This document shows, piece by piece, positions 56,205 to 64,000 of a DNA stretch of 64,000 nucleotides. Positions within the stretch are counted from its first letter, which is position 1. Each line of letters begins with the position of its first letter. The notes below the pieces were generated by a model. It saw nothing but the letters and a program-made list of their open reading frames with translations. It ran no database searches and had not been told where the DNA came from. The DNA is from Paraglaciecola sp. (GTDB lineage: Bacteria; Pseudomonadota; Gammaproteobacteria; Enterobacterales; Alteromonadaceae): assembly GCA_046709505.1 (NCBI GenBank), contig JBKEFM010000002.1:4230-68229 (forward strand), read 5' to 3'. Both the position numbers and the translations under genes were made by a program.

Positions 56205-57551
56205 ATGCATCTACATATTTTAGGTATCTGCGGCACGTTTATGGGCGGCATAGCAGCAATTGCCAAGGCCATGGGACATCAGGTTACCGGGTCAGACAGC
56301 AACGTCTACCCTCCCATGAGCACCCAACTGCAAGAATTGGGTATAGAGCTGACCCAAGGTTATGACGTTAACCAGTTTACACCCCAGCCCGATATAGTGG
56401 TTATCGGAAATGCTCTGTCCAGGGGCAATAGCGCGGTAGAATATGTATTAGATCGCAACATTCCCTACACCAGCGGTCCCCAGTGGCTGCTGGAAAATGT
56501 GCTTAAAGAACGTTGGGTATTGGCTGTAGCCGGTACTCACGGCAAAACCAGTACAGCCAGTATGCTCGCCTGGGTCCTCGAGCAGGCTGGCCTGTCACCA
56601 GGTTTTCTGATCGGTGGTATACCACAAAATTTTGCTATTTCAGCTCGCCTCGGTGATACCCCATTTTTTGTTATTGAGGCAGATGAGTATGACAGTGCAT
56701 TTTTTGATAAACGCTCCAAGTTCGTTCATTACCGGCCGCGTACGTTAGTATTAAATAATCTTGAATTTGACCATGCGGACATTTTCAGTAATTTAGGCGA
56801 TATTCAAAAGCAGTTTCATCACCTGATGCGCATGTTACCTAACAACGGTCTGGCCATCGCCCCCAAACACGATAGTAACCTGACCAAGGTATTGGACATG
56901 GGCTGCTGGTCACCGGTGCAGTTTATCGGAGGTGACTGGCAAATCGGTGATCCCCTGCCTGATGGCAGTGAATTTGATGTGTTATTTAAGGGTAAGAGTT
57001 TTGGTCGGGTTAAATGGGAGTTACTTGGTCAACATAATATGCATAATGCCATGATGGCTATTATTGCTGCTCGCCATGCTGGCGTGTTTCCCAAAGTAGC
57101 AATTGACGCTTTAGGCCAGTTTGTTAACGCTAAAAGACGTATGGAAGTCATAGGTAAAGTCAACGATATCACCCTATATGATGATTTTGCTCACCACCCC
57201 ACGGCCATAGCCACCACCATTGAAGGACTACGAGCCAAAGTGGGCGATGCACGGATTCTGGTGGTTCTCGAGCCTCGCTCAAATACCATGAAAATGGGCG
57301 TGCATAAAGAAACGCTCGCGGCATCCTGGTCTTTGGCAGATCAAGTGTTTATCTTCCAACCCACTAATCTGAGCTGGTCAATGGATGCCTTGTTGGCACA
57401 AAGCAAGGTAACGGCTTCGTTGCACAAAGATATGCACGTGTTGGAGAAATCTATACTCTCTTATGTGCAAGCTGGAGACCATGTATTGATCATGAGTAAT
57501 GGCAACTTTGATGGTATTCATCAACGCTTATTACAACAGCTGTCACGCTAG
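56205..57551 (+). CDS. mpl: Murein peptide ligase Mpl
   Basis: HILGICGTFMG, AGTHGKT, EADEYDSAFFDKRSKF and DDFAHHPTAI. Confidence 0.96.
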   Translation: MHLHILGICGTFMGGIAAIAKAMGHQVTGSDSNVYPPMSTQLQELGIELTQGYDVNQFTPQPDIVVIGNALSRGNSAVEYVLDRNIPYTSGPQWLLENVLKERWVLAVAGTHGKTSTASMLAWVLEQAGLSPGFLIGGIPQNFAISARLGDTPFFVIEADEYDSAFFDKRSKFVHYRPRTLVLNNLEFDHADIFSNLGDIQKQFHHLMRMLPNNGLAIAPKHDSNLTKVLDMGCWSPVQFIGGDWQIGDPLPDGSEFDVLFKGKSFGRVKWELLGQHNMHNAMMAIIAARHAGVFPKVAIDALGQFVNAKRRMEVIGKVNDITLYDDFAHHPTAIATTIEGLRAKVGDARILVVLEPRSNTMKMGVHKETLAASWSLADQVFIFQPTNLSWSMDALLAQSKVTASLHKDMHVLEKSILSYVQAGDHVLIMSNGNFDGIHQRLLQQLSR

Positions 57552-57617
57552 TGTGACCATCATGTTTAGCTATGCGTCATTCGGCGTACGGAACTTACTA
57601 TTATATAAGACGACACT

Positions 57618-58388
57618 ATGCAAAAAATACTACTCACCTTGTTCTCCATTACCTGCAGCCTAAACGCCTTTGCCTGGGGGCAGACTGGACACAGGGTAAC
57701 AGGTGCAATCGCCGAACAATATTTGACGCCTAAAGCCCGGACGGCAATTCATGTATTATTACCCTTGGAGGATCTGGCCGAAGCCTCTACCTACGCCGAT
57801 GAAATGCGTTCCAACCCGAAAGAATTTTGGCAAAAAATCGCCAGACCTTTTCACTATGTAACTATACCTGCAGGGAAACGTTATGCCCAAATTGGCGCAC
57901 CTAAAGAAGGGGATGCAGTCAGTGCATTAACAATGTTTAGCACCACCCTTAGAGACCCCAATGCATCCGTTGAGCAAAAACGATTAGCCCTACGCTTTGT
58001 GATACACATTATTGGCGATTTGCATCAACCCCTGCATGCCGGCAATGGCAAGGACAAAGGCGGTAATGACATCAAAATAAATTTTTTCTGGAAAGATTCT
58101 AACCTGCATAGGGTGTGGGACAGCGAAATGCTTGACCAGCGTCAGTTATCCTATACCGAATGGACAGCTCAGTTAAGTCGTAAAATCAGTCCTCAGGACG
58201 TCAAAGCCTGGAGCGTGACAGATCCACTGATATGGATAGCAGAAAGCAGCAGAATCCGTGATGAGATATATCCCCAGGAGGAAAAAATCTCATGGGATTA
58301 TCTTTATGTCCATATGCCTCAAGTAAAACGCAGATTGCAAATGGCTGGCGTTCGGATGGCTGCTTATTTAAACGAAATCTATCAATAA
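57618..58388 (+). CDS. Secreted S1/P1 nuclease
   Basis: Signal peptide then WGQTGH; HIIGDLHQPLH and NLHRVWD zinc ligands. Confidence 0.92.
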   Translation: MQKILLTLFSITCSLNAFAWGQTGHRVTGAIAEQYLTPKARTAIHVLLPLEDLAEASTYADEMRSNPKEFWQKIARPFHYVTIPAGKRYAQIGAPKEGDAVSALTMFSTTLRDPNASVEQKRLALRFVIHIIGDLHQPLHAGNGKDKGGNDIKINFFWKDSNLHRVWDSEMLDQRQLSYTEWTAQLSRKISPQDVKAWSVTDPLIWIAESSRIRDEIYPQEEKISWDYLYVHMPQVKRRLQMAGVRMAAYLNEIYQ

Positions 58389-58389
58389 C

Positions 58390-58515
58390 TAACACCTGCC
58401 CTTAGCATTGCAGCCAGGCGGCAAAGGAACTCAACCCCATGAGCTTAGACTTACTAAGTGTTTGGGGTGAGTGGGAGCAGCCAACAACGGTGCATCTTCA
58501 AGGGAGACCGGTGTA
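58390..58515. repeat. ERIC-like (IRU) repeat, about 126 bp
   Basis: ttgcagccaggcggcaa...ccccatgagcttag-acttactaagtg-tttggggtgag...gcagccaac...gcatcttcaag resembles the ERIC consensus core; ends acacc...ggtgta are inverted. Confidence 0.8.
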
Positions 58516-58526
58516 GACGTTAATCT

Positions 58527-59594
58527 TTAGGATTGATGGTATGGGGCACTATATTTGTGTACTGCATCCACAAACACTTTGGCATTTTCAGGCGGTACGT
58601 CTAAGTGTATACCATGACCTAAATTAAATACGTGTCCGGGGCCACTGCCAAAGCCGGCCAGGATAGTTTGCACTTCCTGTTCGATACGTTCAGGTTGTGC
58701 ATATAACATAGAGGGATCCATATTCCCCTGCAACGCAACTTTATCCCCGACACGTTTTTTGGCATCACCAATGTCTATGGTCCAGTCCAACCCAATACCA
58801 TCACAACCTGTGGCCGCTATCGACTCCAACCACATTCCTCCGTTTTTAGTGAATAAAGTCACAGGGACCCGGCGTCCGTCGTTTTCCCGGGTCAAACCAT
58901 CGACAATTTTGTGCATATATTGCAACGAAAAATCTCGGTAATCCCGTGGTGACAATACGCCTCCCCAAGTATCAAATACCATAACCGATTGGGCACCTGC
59001 GGCAATTTGTGCATTCAAGTATAAAATGACCGAATCAGCCAATTTGTCCAATAATAAATGCAGTGCCTGGGGCTCACTGAAAGCCATTTTTTTAATTTTA
59101 GTAAAGGCTTTGCTTGAACCGCCTTCCACCATATAGGTTGCCAGCGTCCAGGGGCTACCAGAAAAACCTATTAAAGGAACCTGGCCATGCAGGTTTTTGC
59201 GCACCGTGCGGACAGCATTCATCACATACTGTAGTTCCTGCTCCGGATCGGGGTTGGGCAACTTTTGAATATCGGCCATACAAGTAAGGGGTTTAGCAAA
59301 TTTAGGCCCTTCACCTGGTTCAAAATACAACTCCAAACCCATCGCATCTGGAATAGTCAGAATATCTGAAAAGATAATGGCTGCATCCAGTTCAAAACGA
59401 CGCAGTGGCTGTAAAGTCACTTCGCAGGCCAGCTCAGCATTTTTACACAAAGACATGAAATCTCCAGCCTCGGCGCGCGTTGCCTTGTATTCCGGTAGGT
59501 AGCGCCCTGCCTGTCTCATCATCCACACGGGCGTAACATCAACGGGTTGACACATTAGCGCCCGCAGATATCGGTCATTCTTTAGTTCTTGCAT
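58527..59594 (-). CDS. hemE: Uroporphyrinogen decarboxylase
   Basis: [15 protein letters not shown] and FNLGHGI. Confidence 0.97.
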   Translation of the reverse strand: MQELKNDRYLRALMCQPVDVTPVWMMRQAGRYLPEYKATRAEAGDFMSLCKNAELACEVTLQPLRRFELDAAIIFSDILTIPDAMGLELYFEPGEGPKFAKPLTCMADIQKLPNPDPEQELQYVMNAVRTVRKNLHGQVPLIGFSGSPWTLATYMVEGGSSKAFTKIKKMAFSEPQALHLLLDKLADSVILYLNAQIAAGAQSVMVFDTWGGVLSPRDYRDFSLQYMHKIVDGLTRENDGRRVPVTLFTKNGGMWLESIAATGCDGIGLDWTIDIGDAKKRVGDKVALQGNMDPSMLYAQPERIEQEVQTILAGFGSGPGHVFNLGHGIHLDVPPENAKVFVDAVHKYSAPYHQS

Positions 59595-59807
59595 TTTTTT
59601 CCCCTGTTCATCGAATATCCCAATTAGCCCTAGGCCAAAAAGTCGTTATTGTATCTTTTTTGCTGTTACAAGGAATGAGAAATCCGCCCAAATATTGTAA
59701 AACTTTGCAGTATTCACCTAATCTTCATTACAACAATATTGCGCAAGCAAAATGAATAATAGAAATCCCAAAAAATGAGGCCTGGAGGCTAAAATAATCA
59801 AAGCCCA

Positions 59808-60659
59808 TTAGATGTGGTGTTTTTTATTTGTGGGATTAATTTTCACCCCTTGCTCTATCTCCATCACGGTATGTTGAATAAGTTTACCGGCAATAGAAAA
59901 TTTAGGAGGGGTTTGGGGTAACTCATCATGTTTGAACCAATACGCTTCAAGTATTTCATGACCGTCCACTGCAATTTCTCCGCCGGCAAAGTCCGCCAAA
60001 AAACCAACCATCAAGGAGTGGGGAAACGGCCAGGGTTGACTGGAAAAATAGCGCAGATTTTTAACCTCTATCCCGACTTCTTCCATAACTTCTCTGTGTA
60101 CCGCTTGCTCCAAGGTTTCCCCGCTTTCCACAAAGCCAGCTAAGGTAGAAAACATGTTGCGCTTTTGTTGTGGTTTGCCCTGGGCAAGCAATATTGTATT
60201 TTCATGGGAAATAGCCACTATAATACAGGGCGAAATTCTTGGGTAGCAGCGGTGATGGCATCGGCAGCATTGCACTGCCATTTCCCAATCTATGCTCTGC
60301 ATAGTCGAGCCACATTGACCGCAAAAACGATGGGTACGTAAAAACAAAGCTATTTGCCAGGCTCTTGCGGCCATTTCGAATAAGCCAGCTTCACATTGCA
60401 TTAGCACAGTTCGCAGACTCACTGCTTGCAGAGTCGCTTCCTCTACCCACTCATTACCCATATCGATCAAGTAGCACGGCTTGTCATCATAATGGCCAAT
60501 TTGCACAACCTGCTCACGATAGGCATGGGCAAATGGTAAACTAGTCCAACGTCCTATTATGGGTGTGGGTTGAACAACATTTGCTAACACTTTTTCTGCC
60601 ACAAATATAAGCCAAACAGCTTCTTGCTCAGGTTTGATTTCAACGTTCTGCTTTATCAT
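59808..60659 (-). CDS. nudC: NAD(+) diphosphatase / NAD-cap decapping enzyme NudC
   Basis: RFCGQCG zinc ribbon, Nudix box GFVESGETLEQAVHREVMEEVG and SQPWPFPHS. Confidence 0.95.
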   Translation of the reverse strand: MIKQNVEIKPEQEAVWLIFVAEKVLANVVQPTPIIGRWTSLPFAHAYREQVVQIGHYDDKPCYLIDMGNEWVEEATLQAVSLRTVLMQCEAGLFEMAARAWQIALFLRTHRFCGQCGSTMQSIDWEMAVQCCRCHHRCYPRISPCIIVAISHENTILLAQGKPQQKRNMFSTLAGFVESGETLEQAVHREVMEEVGIEVKNLRYFSSQPWPFPHSLMVGFLADFAGGEIAVDGHEILEAYWFKHDELPQTPPKFSIAGKLIQHTVMEIEQGVKINPTNKKHHI

Positions 60660-61044
60660 AATGTTTAAAACAACACCTTATTAATCTATTGCTGCCTGAC
60701 TTTTAGCACGAAAATGGCTGGGGACAGGGTTTTCTTTTGGGTCAAGGCCCCCTATCACAGAGACCGTCATCGCTACATAGTCAGGTTATCATTCAAATAA
60801 CCGGGATAAAAATAGCGTGAAAATGCCTAGTGTATATTCTATCCATTAGCCTGACTGATTAGATATCCCCCAATAGGGCTTTGCACTAAAGATGAATTTA
60901 ATGAGATATATCAATACACTATTAATATAAAGCCCGGTCAGGGAGTGCTATACTCAAAGCGAACTTAAGATAGTGTTATTGCGCTAACCGGGGTTAAATG
61001 TCACGCTTAAAACAGATTATATTCGAAGGTAAGTCACACACAAA

Positions 61045-61476
61045 ATGAGTATTTCGCAACAAGTAGAAAAAGCACGCACTTATTGCGAAAGCAAAGGTGC
61101 ACGGTTTACGCACCTGCGGGAAAAAGTGTATGCTTTGCTATTAGCTAAGGCAGGCGCAGTGGGGGCCTATGATTTACTGGATACCCTCAAAGAAACAGAG
61201 ACCAACGCCAAACCCGCTACGGTCTATCGCACTCTGGATTTTTTACTTGAATTTGGCTTGATCCACCGTCTGGAGTCCACCAATGCATTTGTCGCCTGCC
61301 ACCATTTTGGTTGCAGTCATCCGGTGCAATTTCTTATTTGCGACAAATGTGGCCTGGTCAAAGAAATTCAGTCTCAAGGATTACAGGAAACGTTAGACAA
61401 ACACGCTGAATCCTATGGTTTTCGAGTATCGAAACAAACCATCGAAGCTCACGGCACCTGCTCCGTATGCCAATAA
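61045..61476 (+). CDS. zur: Fur-family regulator, Zur type
   Basis: GAYDLL, PATVYRTLDFL, HRLESTNAFVAC and two CxxC motifs. Confidence 0.85.
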   Translation: MSISQQVEKARTYCESKGARFTHLREKVYALLLAKAGAVGAYDLLDTLKETETNAKPATVYRTLDFLLEFGLIHRLESTNAFVACHHFGCSHPVQFLICDKCGLVKEIQSQGLQETLDKHAESYGFRVSKQTIEAHGTCSVCQ

Positions 61477-61532
61477 TACAAAATGGATTTTAATCAGTTG
61501 CACCCTGAGATACAACAGGAAGTCTTTCGCCA

Positions 61533-61997
61533 ATGAACGCTGCATTTATCAATCCCTTTATCGCAGCTCTGCACAATGTATTAAGCATGATGGCACAAAT
61601 AGAACTGACCCCTGGGAAACCCCAGAAGAAAACCAATACAATAGCCAAAGGGGATGTATCCGGCTTAATCGATATGGTGGGCGGTGAAATATGTGGTTCC
61701 CTATCTATCACCTTTGAGAGCGAACTGGCCAAGCATATAATACATAACATGCTTGGCGAAACACATGACGCTATAGATGACGATGTAAGCGACATGGTAG
61801 GTGAAATTACCAACATGATTTGTGGGGGAGCAAAAAAAGACCTGAGCAAACTTGGTTACAATTTTAACATGGCTACCCCGATTGTTTTTTCAGGTAAAAA
61901 TCATACACTGAGTCATTCTTCTAGTGGCCACAAAATGATCATGCCCTTTGACAGTCCATATGGAAAAGCCTTCTTAGAAATGTGTTTTGACACATAA
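61533..61997 (+). CDS. cheX: Chemotaxis phosphatase CheX
   Basis: FINPF, GDVSGLI and VGEITNM. Confidence 0.92.
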   Translation: MNAAFINPFIAALHNVLSMMAQIELTPGKPQKKTNTIAKGDVSGLIDMVGGEICGSLSITFESELAKHIIHNMLGETHDAIDDDVSDMVGEITNMICGGAKKDLSKLGYNFNMATPIVFSGKNHTLSHSSSGHKMIMPFDSPYGKAFLEMCFDT

Positions 61998-62452
61998 AAC
62001 TTGGGTGAGCATTAATTTTACCTAAATATTACGGCTAAAGGTCGTCTGTTTTTTATAATTAGCGAGGAAATAGTTACGTAATTAGCTATTATAGAAGACA
62101 TTAATACGGACAGGTGACATCTGTCTATAACGCATACAAGCGACAACTTAACGATTAATGAAAATACGGCATATTATCTGCTTGATTTTGAAGGTTCGAT
62201 GGATATGCCTGCACATTTAAAAATAAGTCTCTCAGACAATAATTTAACGACCCCTATATGAAACTGGTTGTTGGCGCTAGATGCCTGGCAGTGGATGTAT
62301 TTACGCAAGCATAAAAATAATGCTCTCGGTCGTTATCTAATTGTAACAGTTACCGGACAATAAAATATTTACACACTATAACTACATTGGATATCAAAGC
62401 TGTACACCAAACGTTGATATCAATTAACCAACACAACATTAAGGACTATATT

Positions 62453-63568
62453 ATGAAAAAGACCATGACAGCCATGGGTATCCTACTTGCTTTTACCGGC
62501 AGTGCTTTTGCTCAAGCAGCACCTGAAGGCGATAAGTGGGTAGCAGGATTCGCTGAATATTATAAGACGGATAATGGTAAATCTGGCTTTCCAACTTATT
62601 ATGATGATGGTGTTGGTGTGGGTGCCGAAGTTGGTTTTCGTATCGAGCCCCAGTGGGCGGCGAGATTAGAATGGTCAAATCTTAATATTGATGCACTCCC
62701 GGGTGAGTCAGATGAATCTGGCTTTCGCATTGGCATTGATGCCATGTACTTTTTACCTGATGATTTGCTGTATATCTTTGGTGGTCTAAAACACCTGGAT
62801 CTGGGTGACAGTCAACGTCTGGCAAACATTGGTTTAGGTAAACATTGGGCCATTAATGATAAATGGCGGGTCATCACTGAAGTTGCGGCTACCCATGATT
62901 TTGGTGAAGCCTACAACGATGTGAGTGCTAAGTTAGGTTTGGCTTACAGCTTTGGTGCAACCTCAACTTCTAGCCCGGCTACCCGTGATTCAGATAACGA
63001 CGGCGTCAGCAATAGCATAGATCAGTGCCCTGGTACTGCCCCAGGCGTTACCGTTGATGCTATGGGTTGTGCTATTGCAGCATCAATCACAACACCACTA
63101 GACTCAGACAATGATGGCGTGTCAGACGATCGCGACAACTGTGCCAATACTCCCTCATCTGACAAGGTAGATGCAACAGGCTGTAGCTTGTTTACCGAAG
63201 TAGAAGTCGTTGAGACCTTAGAAGTACTCTTTAGCAATAACAGTGCAAAAGTTGACGATTATGACAGTCAAAAATTCATAGACTTTGCTGCATTCATGAA
63301 ACGTTTTCCAACAACTGATACTGTGATTGAAGGTTACTCATCAGCACCGGGTGAAGCAGACTACAACATGTGGCTGTCTGAAGAGCGTGCTAAAGCGGTA
63401 CGTACCTTGTTAATCGAACAATACACTATAAATCCTAACCGCATCACAGCTGTTGGATTTGGTGAAACTAAATTATTGGATGCGCCAACGGCCAAAGAAG
63501 CCAACAAAATCAATCGCCGCATCGTAGCAAAAGTAGCGGCTTCCAAACGTGAAAAAGTAACTAAGTAA
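62453..63568 (+). CDS. OmpA/OprF-family outer membrane protein with thrombospondin type-3-like repeats
   Basis: AAGGA RBS, signal peptide, beta-barrel, two DSDNDGV..D.C repeats and a C-terminal OmpA domain (LSEERA, NRR). Confidence 0.9.
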   Translation: MKKTMTAMGILLAFTGSAFAQAAPEGDKWVAGFAEYYKTDNGKSGFPTYYDDGVGVGAEVGFRIEPQWAARLEWSNLNIDALPGESDESGFRIGIDAMYFLPDDLLYIFGGLKHLDLGDSQRLANIGLGKHWAINDKWRVITEVAATHDFGEAYNDVSAKLGLAYSFGATSTSSPATRDSDNDGVSNSIDQCPGTAPGVTVDAMGCAIAASITTPLDSDNDGVSDDRDNCANTPSSDKVDATGCSLFTEVEVVETLEVLFSNNSAKVDDYDSQKFIDFAAFMKRFPTTDTVIEGYSSAPGEADYNMWLSEERAKAVRTLLIEQYTINPNRITAVGFGETKLLDAPTAKEANKINRRIVAKVAASKREKVTK

Positions 63569-63590
63569 TCCTTACTTACCCAGCATAATT

Positions 63591-63624
63591 AAAAAAGGGA
63601 GATGCTATGCATCTCCCTTTTTTT
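63591..63624. terminator. Bidirectional intrinsic terminator
   Basis: aaaaaagggagatgc-tat-gcatctccctttttt between the OmpA gene and dnaB. Confidence 0.9.
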
Positions 63625-63638
63625 ATCTCACACACAAA

Positions 63639-64000
63639 CTAATAGTCATCGCTTATTTCAGGCCCTACGTAATTATCAAAACGTGAAAATTGCCCCTGGA
63701 ATGTCAAACGTGTGGTACCTATGGGGCCATTACGCTGTTTACCAATAATAATTTCCGCTATGCCTTTCTCCGTGCTGGCTTCGTTATATACTTCGTCTCT
63801 ATAAATAAACATGATCAAATCCGCATCTTGCTCGATAGAGCCAGATTCACGTAGGTCAGAGTTAATGGGCCGTTTGTCGGAACGTTGCTCCAATCCTCGA
63901 TTTAGCTGAGACAAGGCCACTACAGGTACTTCCAGCTCTTTTGCTAATGATTTCAACGAGCGGGAAATTTCAGCGATTTCCAGATTCCGGTTATCACTCA
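63639..64000 (-). CDS. dnaB: Replicative DNA helicase DnaB, 3' part only
   Basis: [32 protein letters not shown] and KQRNGP; frame is open to the window edge. Confidence 0.96.
   Translation of the reverse strand, partial: SDNRNLEIAEISRSLKSLAKELEVPVVALSQLNRGLEQRSDKRPINSDLRESGSIEQDADLIMFIYRDEVYNEASTEKGIAEIIIGKQRNGPIGTTRLTFQGQFSRFDNYVGPEISDDY

Overview
Chromosomal window from a gammaproteobacterium. Gene content and order suggest a marine Alteromonadaceae member (Paraglaciecola/Glaciecola-like); this is inference. It is mostly housekeeping: lptM-lysA-dapF-DUF484-xerC-yigB, cysE, uvrD, rarD, proBA, prkB, ompR-envZ, hslR-hslO, a gspC-N type II secretion operon, fbp, mpl, hemE, nudC, zur, cheX, an OmpA-family gene and the 3' end of dnaB. 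Five things stand out. (1) Three dispersed copies of a 243-244 bp non-coding, highly structured MITE-like element with TACCA...TGGTA ends and TTA/TAA target duplications; one copy splits a glycosyltransferase gene. (2) A RimK-like ATP-grasp ligase, a GNAT/peptidase-C39-like fusion and an M42 metallopeptidase sit close to a CosR/EctR-type regulator and proBA; this may be an uncharacterised peptide or compatible-solute pathway. (3) Several pseudogenes: a PAP2 phosphatase, the glycosyltransferase, a sigma54 response regulator, and a decayed gene upstream of proB. (4) One ERIC-like repeat. (5) A CLCA_X/LPD1-like zincin translationally coupled to fldB. No rRNA, tRNA, CRISPR array, prophage or transposase was seen. 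All calls come from reading the sequence and ORF translations; no database searches were run.
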